Of a stretch of DNA of 64,000 nt, positions 44,989-54,286 are shown piece after piece. Position 1 is the first letter of the stretch; every line of letters starts with the position of its first letter. The DNA comes from Wujia chipingensis (GTDB taxonomy: Bacteria; Bacillota; Clostridia; Lachnospirales; Lachnospiraceae). The position numbers and the translations under genes are program-made. The stretch covers positions 19,797-83,796 of the forward strand of contig CAVCXB010000003.1 of the NCBI GenBank assembly GCA_963605535.1, written 5' to 3'. Below the pieces are notes generated by a model. It had not been told where the DNA came from and made no database searches. It saw only the letters and a list, made by a program, of their open reading frames with translations.

Positions 44989-46746
44989 ATGGCCAAGAAT
45001 AAACTGAAACAGAATGACAAGATTGTGACGACGGTTCTCCCGAAGACCGATGGGGCCGCCGTCAATGTATACGATAGCGAGACGGAGACGCTGCTGAAGG
45101 CCTATGCCAGCAGCATCTTTCCGAAGGAATCACAGGGTTTCTCCCTGAAGGATTCCACGGAGAGGGGCATGCGCGCAATCAACAAGGAAATCCGCATGCA
45201 TGCAAGCGACGACTACTACAATTCCCTCCTTCAGATCGGATCGAAGGATCCCTCCCGCGCGTTCGATTCGTATTCGCTCGACAACGATACGCTCAACTGG
45301 ACGATGTGGACGACGCTGTACTGTGAGTCGTGGGTGTTCAGGAGAGCCATCGACAAGCCGGCTCAGGATGAGGCAAACGCAGGATTCATCATCAAGAACG
45401 TCTCGGACATCGACAAGGTGAAGAAGATATACTCCATTTACGAGGAGCATACGAGCGACTTCATCGAACTCCTTTCATGGGGTGCGCTTTACGGCGGAGC
45501 CGTGGCAGTCATGATGTTCGATGGAATCTCGATGGATGACATGCGCAACCCGATCGACTTCACCAAGATCAACGCCCATTCGAAGCATCTTCTGAGAATG
45601 TACGTGACCGACAGATGGTATGGGTGCGCCCCGTCGTATGGCGACACGGTGTCGAATTTCCACAACATCGATTTCGGCCTTCCGAGATATTACAATATCA
45701 CGTTCGCGGACGGCAAGACGTATACGATACATCATTCGTATATCCTGCGCTATGCACATAGGACTGCTCCGAAGTTCATCAAGAACGGCCAGCTGAGCGG
45801 ATGGGGCTATGCGGAAGGCGCGCACATAATCAACGAGATCATGCGCGACGACAAGCTCAAGTCGACGATTCAGTCATTGCTTGACAAGTCCTTGATCGAA
45901 GTCATCCAGATGCCCGGCATGCGCGGCGTGTTCATGGGCGGAGACCCCGCCACGAACGAGCAGCTCAAGAAGCGTCTCGAGATGGTGCAGTGGGCGAGAA
46001 ACTTCAATTCGCTCACGTTCCTCGACAAGGATGATGTATACAATCCGCAGACGGCTGTCGCAAGCTCGTTCGGATCGTTCGCACAGCTCATCGAGCAGAA
46101 TATGTGGCTCATTTCGGCTGCGCTTGAAATGCCTGGATGCCTGTATGGACACCTCAACAATGGATTCTCGGGCGACGAAGGCGCCGAGGATAGATACGCC
46201 GAGACGATATACGGAAGATGCAATACGTACTACAAGCCCTGCGTAAGAAAATTCCTCAAGGTCATGTATCGCATATTCGACATACAGCAGGATGTCAGCT
46301 TCGAGTTCAAGCGCATCAACGACAAGACTGTGAACGAGGCGAAGATTGATGGAATCTTGAAGTACGAGACTCTTCTCTCGAATATGAAGAGAGATGGATA
46401 TCTTGACGACAATAGCGCTGCCGATGCCCTCAGGGATTATATCGAGACGGGAAGCGTCAGCATCAAGGTCTCAAGCGAGGAAATGCGCAAGAACGAAGCC
46501 AAGAAGGCCGCGAAGAACGAGAACAACGGCGGACAGCCGGACAATCCGGATATGGGCGGAGGAATGGACTTTGGCGTCGGAGGCGACATGGATTTCGGAT
46601 CGGATATGGGCGGAGGAATGGGTGGAGGAATGGATGAGAGCGTCGGCGCAACGAAGCCTGAAGCGACTCCAGCTCCGGCACCTGAATCGGCCCCGGCACC
46701 GGCTCCATCGCCAGCCGGAGACATGGGCGAATCAACCATCTCATAG
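44989..46746 (+). CDS. phage portal protein (DUF1073 family)
   Basis: LYCESWVFRRAIDKPAQD, WGALYGGA, DRW, FGLPRYY, IHHSYILR, EMPGCLYG..NGFSG motifs. Confidence 0.85.
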   Translation: MAKNKLKQNDKIVTTVLPKTDGAAVNVYDSETETLLKAYASSIFPKESQGFSLKDSTERGMRAINKEIRMHASDDYYNSLLQIGSKDPSRAFDSYSLDNDTLNWTMWTTLYCESWVFRRAIDKPAQDEANAGFIIKNVSDIDKVKKIYSIYEEHTSDFIELLSWGALYGGAVAVMMFDGISMDDMRNPIDFTKINAHSKHLLRMYVTDRWYGCAPSYGDTVSNFHNIDFGLPRYYNITFADGKTYTIHHSYILRYAHRTAPKFIKNGQLSGWGYAEGAHIINEIMRDDKLKSTIQSLLDKSLIEVIQMPGMRGVFMGGDPATNEQLKKRLEMVQWARNFNSLTFLDKDDVYNPQTAVASSFGSFAQLIEQNMWLISAALEMPGCLYGHLNNGFSGDEGAEDRYAETIYGRCNTYYKPCVRKFLKVMYRIFDIQQDVSFEFKRINDKTVNEAKIDGILKYETLLSNMKRDGYLDDNSAADALRDYIETGSVSIKVSSEEMRKNEAKKAAKNENNGGQPDNPDMGGGMDFGVGGDMDFGSDMGGGMGGGMDESVGATKPEATPAPAPESAPAPAPSPAGDMGESTIS

Positions 46747-46757
46747 GAGGATAGGAT

Positions 46758-47333
46758 ATGACATTCAATGATGTTGCGACATACTATGTATACTGCACAA
46801 ACCCCTACATCAAGCCGACGACTCTGATGAAGATGTACGGGAAGGCGCAGACTGAGTTCGCAGGATATAAGAGACGTTCCGGAAAGAACATCGTAAAGAT
46901 TATGCGAAGGAAATACGACGGAAAGCTCGTTCTGACCGCCACATCGCATGATTTGATCAAGGCTATGAAAAGCTATTTGAATAGCAGATTCGCATCGGGA
47001 AAAGATCTGTTCCTGATTGACAACAATTACTATAGGGACATCAAGAAGGATGAGCCACACGATGTCCTCGAAGTCGATGAGCTTCATGACGCAAACAAAT
47101 ACTACGTGTACTGCGCAACGGATCTGACGAGAAAGCAGGCCATCGAAGTGTATAAGGGATACTTCCTCGCGATGAAATCGTTCAAAGGTGAGATGGGCGT
47201 CAGAGATGATAGAAAACAGGTGTTCACCACACCAAATCTGAAGAACGCAAAACTGGTGAAAGATTTCATGAATGAGCATTATAATAATTACGTATTCAAG
47301 ATTGACAACTCTTATTATAGAGATGAAGATTGA
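46758..47333 (+). CDS. hypothetical protein with internal tandem duplication
   Basis: YYVYC...IDN.YYRD occurs twice. Confidence 0.8.
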   Translation: MTFNDVATYYVYCTNPYIKPTTLMKMYGKAQTEFAGYKRRSGKNIVKIMRRKYDGKLVLTATSHDLIKAMKSYLNSRFASGKDLFLIDNNYYRDIKKDEPHDVLEVDELHDANKYYVYCATDLTRKQAIEVYKGYFLAMKSFKGEMGVRDDRKQVFTTPNLKNAKLVKDFMNEHYNNYVFKIDNSYYRDED

Positions 47334-47351
47334 TGAAAGGGATAAGACAAT

Positions 47352-48869
47352 ATGGCAAAAACTGAAAATACATTTGTGACGTTTGCGAATGATAAGCCGG
47401 AAAACGTCTATGAAAGCACAAATGATGTCAATGAATATAACACTGGATTCATTGCCGGCACGCTGATCAACTGCCGTTCAATCAATACGGCACTGAGAAT
47501 GACGACGATGGTCAACAACGCCTTCCTCAACGCGATCGGAATCGGAAACGCTGAGGAATATCCCGGAGAGGTTAAAACCGGATACATCACTGATGTAAAC
47601 AGTGATGTATCCGAGGATATTGATTCAAGTTCGACAACCGGAGTCAGCTTCAAGGACCTTGATGTGAAGGAATCCATCGGCAACAGATCGACCCTGTTTG
47701 ATGCCACGAATGCGATATTCAACGCCATGCGCAACTTCAAGCCGAAATTTGCAAACTGCGCAGAGATGGTCTACTGCAGACGAGGTGAGGTCAGTAAGCC
47801 GACGACATCAATCAGTACGGCTGATAGAAAGTACTATCATATGGATGATGCGTTTGTGCATCTGAATGGCAAGGAAACAGTAAACGGTGAGAAATCCTTC
47901 AAGAACAACGTCCATTTTGGATCGAGATGGGCAAATGAAGCAAATGCCTCGGTAGAAGTGCCGTATGTCCATATGTATGGCGTGCTTGATTGTACAACAT
48001 CATACAGCAAATCCGATGCCGACAATGTCACCATATCTAAATTCAATGTCTCCGACGAGGCCGGCTTATGTGCCTCAAATTATTCTGGTGATTCAAAGCG
48101 TGGCAGCATATTGCGCCCAGGCTTCACCATCGGGCATAATCATGTCAGCGAGCTATACGGATCGGCACTCGGCTGGAATAATATCGTGAGTGATTCCGAT
48201 GGCACACATCAATATGCCATGTGTCTCGGAAACGAGAATTATTGCAGCGATGCGAAATACGCAACCGTTATCGGAACTGGCAACAAATCGACCTATGCAA
48301 ACACGAACCTGTTTGGAAAGGATCTGGCATCGTTCGAAGACGGACAGATAATCATAGGAAGTCGAAATCTGAGCAGATATACAACCAAGCCGAGTGAATA
48401 TGAGAACACCAGCTATGCTTCATCCTTCATCATCACTGCAAATGCAGGAACCGCAGGCATAACAAATGGCGTAACCAATATGATCGAGGGATATTCCTGG
48501 GTGAATTCCAGTGCTCCGACGACAGTGAAGCATGCGTTATATCTGAACTGTTCTACGTATTGTTCATCCACCATCACGTCCAACACATTCAATACGACAT
48601 CCGACAGCCGACTTAAGGAAAACATCACGGACTATAATTATCATGATTCCATCCTCGACATTCCCGTCAAGGAATTCGACATGAAATCGGATGGAAGCCA
48701 TCATATCGGATGCATCGCACAGGATCTTCAGAAAAAATACCCGGAGCTTGTTAGCGAGGATGCAAACGGATATCTCAGAATCGAGGAATCGAAACTGGTA
48801 TATCTTCTGATGGAGGAAGTCAAGATGCTGAAGACCAGACTCGAAGCTCTTGAAAAGGGATGCTTATGA
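47352..48869 (+). CDS. tail fibre with YadA-like beta-roll repeats and C-terminal peptidase S74 chaperone
   Basis: IGHNH/LGWNN/LGNEN/IGTGN repeats; TSDSRLKENI...IGCIAQDLQKKYPELV. Confidence 0.85.
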   Translation: MAKTENTFVTFANDKPENVYESTNDVNEYNTGFIAGTLINCRSINTALRMTTMVNNAFLNAIGIGNAEEYPGEVKTGYITDVNSDVSEDIDSSSTTGVSFKDLDVKESIGNRSTLFDATNAIFNAMRNFKPKFANCAEMVYCRRGEVSKPTTSISTADRKYYHMDDAFVHLNGKETVNGEKSFKNNVHFGSRWANEANASVEVPYVHMYGVLDCTTSYSKSDADNVTISKFNVSDEAGLCASNYSGDSKRGSILRPGFTIGHNHVSELYGSALGWNNIVSDSDGTHQYAMCLGNENYCSDAKYATVIGTGNKSTYANTNLFGKDLASFEDGQIIIGSRNLSRYTTKPSEYENTSYASSFIITANAGTAGITNGVTNMIEGYSWVNSSAPTTVKHALYLNCSTYCSSTITSNTFNTTSDSRLKENITDYNYHDSILDIPVKEFDMKSDGSHHIGCIAQDLQKKYPELVSEDANGYLRIEESKLVYLLMEEVKMLKTRLEALEKGCL

Positions 48870-48870
48870 T

Positions 48871-50103
48871 ATGAGTGAAACCATAAAGAAGATTCCAGTA
48901 GGATATTATAATAAAGACACACACGTCACAATGGGTGAAAAGCTTGTTGTGGATGGCGGATGTATAGTGAATCCATATAAGGATCCTGATGGAACCGGAA
49001 TAATCACTTTTACAAGCGAAGCAAAATATACGGATTATTACACTGAATCAACAAAAACAATAAGTAATGAATCCAAACCACTGTCGCCGAGCGATGAGCG
49101 CACTTGGCCAAAATATTTAATGCCTGAAAATATCAATGTTCAGCCATCCTCCATTTTTCTCGGCTCACTCTATGGAGATATGATCAACTATAAGTATGAT
49201 GGCACTTCCATCATACTTGTCAATCCAGCCAAATTGAACGGATTGTATACGGCTAGACTCATGCATAAATGCGAAAGAGTTGCGTCTACCACATATTACA
49301 ATCATACGCTGCAGCTTGTGAATGATAGTGATAAGCCATTATATTATGTCGGGTATTTTCCGAAACAATCACAGAGTGACGCTTTGACAATATCGGTAAA
49401 AGACACGTCCGGGAATGATACATCAATCACAATAGATCCGTTGAATGAATATGGCTATTATTATAGATATCTTAATAATCAATTATATAGAATCTATTTA
49501 TCGAACAATACTCAAATTAATCCGCAGTTACAGACGTGGCTGAATTTGACTCCATATTATGAAAAGCAATCGTATGAAAGTGATGCTGATTATAGCCTTC
49601 GATTAAAAATGCGATCGCGTTACAACATGTCCATGCTTGAACTGTGCAATCTTGTGTATAATTCATCATTTAATGTTTTGAATTACAATACCTCAAATAT
49701 AGGATCGACATATAGCTCCGTATTATGCAAGACAGTGGATCCGTTCAGCAAAATTGATCTGTGTTCAAAGACATCGTATTCCAATTCATCCGACATCGCC
49801 TTTCCATATTTCTTCTTATGTGCATCATATAACGCCGATCGCTTTAGAGATTCTGATTTATGGGCTTATGATTATCTGACGACAGATGAATATGATTCGA
49901 ATAGATCATTGTCTCAATATGCACATGCGGTCACAGTAAATAGCGACACACAGAAAATACAATATACAAATCATCGAACTTGGGACACCTACACATACAG
50001 TTACAATAAAACTTTATATGATTATATGGATGGAGCCGGATCGTCAAAGTATTCAGACATGCTAATTGTTTACGGAAAGAATATCGTATTCAAGGAGGAA
50101 TAA
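48871..50103 (+). CDS. hypothetical structural protein (Tyr/Ser/Asn-rich)
   Basis: follows tail fibre, AT-rich. Confidence 0.75.
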   Translation: MSETIKKIPVGYYNKDTHVTMGEKLVVDGGCIVNPYKDPDGTGIITFTSEAKYTDYYTESTKTISNESKPLSPSDERTWPKYLMPENINVQPSSIFLGSLYGDMINYKYDGTSIILVNPAKLNGLYTARLMHKCERVASTTYYNHTLQLVNDSDKPLYYVGYFPKQSQSDALTISVKDTSGNDTSITIDPLNEYGYYYRYLNNQLYRIYLSNNTQINPQLQTWLNLTPYYEKQSYESDADYSLRLKMRSRYNMSMLELCNLVYNSSFNVLNYNTSNIGSTYSSVLCKTVDPFSKIDLCSKTSYSNSSDIAFPYFFLCASYNADRFRDSDLWAYDYLTTDEYDSNRSLSQYAHAVTVNSDTQKIQYTNHRTWDTYTYSYNKTLYDYMDGAGSSKYSDMLIVYGKNIVFKEE

Positions 50104-50107
50104 AATC

Positions 50108-50446
50108 ATGGAATGGTATTGGTATTTGGTTATTGCGGGAGCCGTAGTCATCATCCTGCTTCTGATTGCCATGTTCGGCAACAGCAAAATCAAAAGCTGG
50201 GCTTATCAGCTTGTTGTGAATGCCGAGAATCTTGTCGGTTCCGGCAAAGGCGAGGAGAAATTCAACCTCGTCGTCAAAAAGCTCTCTGAGCTCACGAAAG
50301 GCATGGTTCCCGAGGCGATTCTCAAATCTGCGGCGAATTGGGCCGTCAAGAGAATGAAGTCTCTCCTTGCCGAGAATACGGCGTCCACAGAGAAGCATCT
50401 CACGGAGGAATCGGAGAATGAAACTGTTCAGAATTCTGGTGAATGA
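50108..50446 (+). CDS. holin-like protein (LL-H type)
   Basis: N-terminal TM then VVNAENLVGSGKGEEKF; AGGAGG SD. Confidence 0.7.
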   Translation: MEWYWYLVIAGAVVIILLLIAMFGNSKIKSWAYQLVVNAENLVGSGKGEEKFNLVVKKLSELTKGMVPEAILKSAANWAVKRMKSLLAENTASTEKHLTEESENETVQNSGE

Positions 50447-50717
50447 TCAGGATTACTATAAGCCGACTTCCGAGGAAGTCCTGAATAAGATTCAGAAGTG
50501 CCTCAAGGCGAACAATTACGCCTGCAAATCCGTTGTCACGGAAGGCAATGGAACGGTCATCTTTTCTGTCTTTCCGATGAGAGAAATGAATCTTGACGAT
50601 GTCATGAGAGTCTTGAACAATCTGCTGGCTGATCGCAGAATACGTACGGACGGTTTCAAGATCATAAATAACAAAAGTCTGCGCTGTCTTGTGTCGAAAG
50701 ATTGTTTCCGCATGTAG
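50418..50717 (+). CDS. hypothetical protein
   Basis: GGAGG SD. Confidence 0.7.
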   Translation: MKLFRILVNDQDYYKPTSEEVLNKIQKCLKANNYACKSVVTEGNGTVIFSVFPMREMNLDDVMRVLNNLLADRRIRTDGFKIINNKSLRCLVSKDCFRM

Positions 50718-50724
50718 AAAAGTG

Positions 50725-50753
50725 TTTACTTTTGATTTGTACATACGTATAAT
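50725..50753 (+). promoter_or_regulatory. promoter
   Basis: TTTACT-17 nt-TATAAT; TACGTA overlaps the -10. Confidence 0.7.
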
Positions 50754-50790
50754 ATCATTAGTCAACTCAATGAAAGGATAATGAACTTTT

Positions 50791-51210
50791 ATGGCAACAG
50801 AAAACAATTCAGAGAAATTCGTCAAAATCAGTGCGATGCAGACATACATCGTCACACCGAACCTCGACTTCTATGATCGTACGGACAACAATCCATCAAA
50901 CCCGAACAAACTTAAGGTGGTTCCGGTCTGGACACGCAAGGAAGTTAAGATTAAGGTAGGCTTCAATTGGTACCCGGCGAAGATTCTTGAATGGAATACC
51001 GTCAAAGCTCTTGCCAAAGATGGCAAGATCAGCATCGGTGAAATCAAAACTGATGTCAGCAAGGAAACGGATGGTGATTCGGCCATTGAGATTAGTAAGC
51101 AGCTGAAGAAGGCTGACAGAGAAATCGAACGCCAGAAGAAATCATTCGAACAGGCAAAAGCGTCAAGACAGAAGTCCTTGAGCGAAATCGCCGCTTCTCA
51201 GGCTCAGTAA
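50791..51210 (+). CDS. hypothetical protein
   Basis: own promoter and terminator, AAAGGA SD. Confidence 0.8.
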   Translation: MATENNSEKFVKISAMQTYIVTPNLDFYDRTDNNPSNPNKLKVVPVWTRKEVKIKVGFNWYPAKILEWNTVKALAKDGKISIGEIKTDVSKETDGDSAIEISKQLKKADREIERQKKSFEQAKASRQKSLSEIAASQAQ

Positions 51211-51216
51211 TAGACC

Positions 51217-51246
51217 AGCGCAAGGTTCATTGCCTTGCGCTTTTTA
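51217..51246 (+). terminator. intrinsic terminator
   Basis: AGCGCAAGG/CCTTGCGCT then TTTT. Confidence 0.85.
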
Positions 51247-51304
51247 TTTAATTGATATGATTTTTAAATTATAATATAGTTATGATAGGAGACTATGTAA
51301 TTCC

Positions 51305-51607
51305 ATGTATAAAATCAAAGATAATGATGAGCTTGAAATCGAAGCTCTGAAGAAGCAGCCTGATGCAATAACCTCGAAAAAGCCTGGCTCATACACTTTA
51401 TCCATCCGTTTCGATATCCACAAGGACATCAATCCGCTTTTCAATGCGCTTATTGAAGCCAACATCCCTGTTTCCATCGAGCCGCACAACGACGGATCAA
51501 AGACTCTGGAAGCCTATGGAACGAAGGAAGAGCTTGAAGACATCATTGATTCATACGTATGTCTGGATGCCAGCAAGAAGTATATGTTTGATCTTAGGGA
51601 ATATTGA
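51305..51607 (+). CDS. hypothetical protein
   Basis: AGGAG SD. Confidence 0.75.
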   Translation: MYKIKDNDELEIEALKKQPDAITSKKPGSYTLSIRFDIHKDINPLFNALIEANIPVSIEPHNDGSKTLEAYGTKEELEDIIDSYVCLDASKKYMFDLREY

Positions 51608-52041
51608 TTCTGATTATGATGTTTGATTCCATTGAGATTGATGCAAAGACAGATGATCTGAATTACATCCTGAATTATACGTTCAAAGCAGATGATGTCG
51701 ATACATCAAAGATAAAAGAAAATACCAAATTCGTGCTGCCGGATTCAAAACCTTACTTCAATGTTGATCTCCCAAATGGGATGAGCAGGGAAGAAGCCGA
51801 GAGCATCGGCATGTTTGCGTCAACAGTATCCTACACAATCACAACGCGGGATCTCACGAACGACATGAAGAGTGTCCAGGTAGAATGGGAACCGCATGTA
51901 GTATACGGATCAATCAACTATAACGACAAAGTTGTCGAGTTCAAGGCCGAATGTGATTACAAGGCGTTGAATTCGAAAACGGAATCACTGTTGAATGATG
52001 TTTACGGCATTGACATCAAGAAAGCCGTAAGAGTCGATTAA
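51604..52041 (+). CDS. hypothetical protein
   Basis: operon packing; start uncertain. Confidence 0.7.
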   Translation: MILIMMFDSIEIDAKTDDLNYILNYTFKADDVDTSKIKENTKFVLPDSKPYFNVDLPNGMSREEAESIGMFASTVSYTITTRDLTNDMKSVQVEWEPHVVYGSINYNDKVVEFKAECDYKALNSKTESLLNDVYGIDIKKAVRVD

Positions 52042-52068
52042 GGTATTTATAGAAAGGGCATAAATCAT

Positions 52069-52416
52069 ATGGCAAAATATTATGAAAAAGAATGGTCGTT
52101 GGAGTCGCATCCGGAATGGACTTTCCGCTACAAGAGGGTCTCTCCGATCAAATTAACCGGATTCTCTATCTCGCTTAAGGATTCGAAGACGATGTCCGAG
52201 CGTGTTGAAACCAACGAGGAACTCATCAGATTCGCTTTGGAGAACATCGAATACAAGGTGAAGACTGAATGGTTCCCAGTCAAGGTTCCGGGGCAGGATG
52301 TATATTATCCATCTGTGCTTGAAGACGATCTCATGACGACAATTGAATTGGCGAACAAGTTCCTCCAGGAAGTGTTCTACCCTTCTTTTATGAAATCCAG
52401 CGAATCGCAGAAGTAA
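52069..52416 (+). CDS. tail assembly chaperone
   Basis: position before tape measure, with overlapping -1 frame ORF. Confidence 0.65.
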   Translation: MAKYYEKEWSLESHPEWTFRYKRVSPIKLTGFSISLKDSKTMSERVETNEELIRFALENIEYKVKTEWFPVKVPGQDVYYPSVLEDDLMTTIELANKFLQEVFYPSFMKSSESQK

Positions 52417-52649
52417 ATGACTGTTCCAGATTTGATCTGGGCGATAACGCTGGTGCATCATATCATTCATCGGAACGCGTACCGAATCCGATCAGCGTGA
52501 TCATAAGCAATAATATGGCTACGCTGAAGGAGCTGCGCGATGACTATGACATCCTGGAGATGTTGGATTTGTATGAATTATGCATGGTTCAGACATACAA
52601 CAAGGCTGCGACCATTGACTATAACAACCGGAGGCTGACCAAGAGATGA
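52383..52649 (+). CDS. tail assembly chaperone C-terminal part (probable -1 frameshift extension)
   Basis: -1 frame open 52347-52649: ...MATLKELRDDYDILEMLDLYE...; stop overlaps tape measure ATG. Confidence 0.6.
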   Translation, partial: FFYEIQRIAEVNDCSRFDLGDNAGASYHSSERVPNPISVIISNNMATLKELRDDYDILEMLDLYELCMVQTYNKAATIDYNNRRLTKR

Positions 52650-54271
52650 ACGGCACACATAATGTAAACATCAATTCAAACCTAAATGATGATCTGATTA
52701 AGAAATTCATCGAGTCGATGGATAAATTCGGAAAATCATTCGAATCAATCAGCGGAAACATTCGCAGTGCCGGAACGAACATGAGCGGCGCCAAGGATGA
52801 GAATTTGGATAAGACCGGTCGTAATAATTACAATATTACGTATGGCATCCAACAGATTGAAAAGCTTTTGGCCGGCAATAAATTCAAAATCGACAATAAA
52901 TTGATTAAAGGATATAATGATGCATTCAAGAATGATGCCAGCAAATTATATCAGGATAAAAATAACGAAACGGCCAATGACATAAAAGATCTTCAGGCAA
53001 CCATCAATGGTCTGAAGAAGATTCCGATTGCCGACAAGAAAGATCGGGACAATATTGAAAAGCTGGTTGACGAACTGACCGTAAAGCTTGCCGAAAAACA
53101 AAAAGAACTGGCTAATCTCCAAGTTCAATCAATTGAGCATCAGACGATGATGCGAGAAAATCTGGCTCAGCTTGAATTGGACAACATCCTTCTTGAGAAG
53201 GAAATGCATAAGATGACCGGAGACAATATAAAGAGTACTCTCTTGACCATTGGTTCCGGCTTCACAAAAATATTGGGCAGTATGTTTCCATTATTCAGCG
53301 CCATCAATGACACGATTGGCGGTATGTACAAGAATGCCAAGGATACGTATGAAAAGACAAAGAGCAAGCTCTCATCTTCGGAGAATAAGAAAGTCATTGC
53401 GGCCAGACTGCGTAGACGTGATGGAATTACCGATGATCAGTACATGGCCATGTCCGAAGATGACAAGAAAAAGAATGATGAGAAATACAACGCACTGGCT
53501 GATAGTGAAATCAAGGCTATGTCTGCTACGAAATCGTTCGCCGCAGCATTGACGTCCGGCATGCAGTCCATCATAAAATCATGCAGCGACTATGTCGCAA
53601 ATCAGGCGAAAGCCGCTGTTGAGATGCTGAAATATGCAGCGTCATTCAGTTCGGCGGCAAATCAGGTCAATACAAGCGCAATCAATCAGCAGCTTGAAAC
53701 CGGATTATCCAGTGCGGACAATTATGGCCTGTCAATGGCGCTGAAGAAAATCGGATTGAGCTCTTATGATGATTATCTTGAATATCTGCCGTTCATGACT
53801 GAAAAGCAGAAGAGCATATTCAATGAAAGATTGACTTCGGCAAGCCAGCAGTATTCCGATTGGGAATCTTCCGGCATCTATGACACCATTACGGACTGGG
53901 AAAATACGTATGAAGAATTCCAATATAACATGCAGGTCGCGTTCGTTGATTTTTTCTCCGAAAATAAAGAAACGATAACAAATTTGATGGATTCTTTGAT
54001 TGATGCCATGCCAGTCATCTTGAGCGTACTTCAGAGCATATTGACTGTTGTGACGGGCGTTCTGAATTTCTTCGGTGGAAATGGAGGGACAAAGACAACG
54101 ACGAATGACATCATCAAGAATTATTCTAATAGCAGTGGAACAACTGTGACGAATAATATCTCTATCCCACAGACATACAATACTAAGAATGAGGATTCTT
54201 TAAGTATGAATGACTCATTCAACAAGGGTGGCCAATTTGCCACTTCATTCATTACTAGCATATTCAAATAA
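52646..54271 (+). CDS. tape measure protein (short)
   Basis: helical coiled-coil, A/K/S-rich, late hydrophobic amphipathic segment; between chaperone and baseplate genes. Confidence 0.65.
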   Translation: MNGTHNVNINSNLNDDLIKKFIESMDKFGKSFESISGNIRSAGTNMSGAKDENLDKTGRNNYNITYGIQQIEKLLAGNKFKIDNKLIKGYNDAFKNDASKLYQDKNNETANDIKDLQATINGLKKIPIADKKDRDNIEKLVDELTVKLAEKQKELANLQVQSIEHQTMMRENLAQLELDNILLEKEMHKMTGDNIKSTLLTIGSGFTKILGSMFPLFSAINDTIGGMYKNAKDTYEKTKSKLSSSENKKVIAARLRRRDGITDDQYMAMSEDDKKKNDEKYNALADSEIKAMSATKSFAAALTSGMQSIIKSCSDYVANQAKAAVEMLKYAASFSSAANQVNTSAINQQLETGLSSADNYGLSMALKKIGLSSYDDYLEYLPFMTEKQKSIFNERLTSASQQYSDWESSGIYDTITDWENTYEEFQYNMQVAFVDFFSENKETITNLMDSLIDAMPVILSVLQSILTVVTGVLNFFGGNGGTKTTTNDIIKNYSNSSGTTVTNNISIPQTYNTKNEDSLSMNDSFNKGGQFATSFITSIFK

Positions 54272-54286
54272 TGGAGGTGATAACCA

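Noticed and set aside
44989..46746. Anti-CBASS Acb1 label sometimes attached to DUF1073 proteins
   Set aside because: Size, motifs and context fit a portal; no 2H-phosphoesterase HxT/S pair recognised
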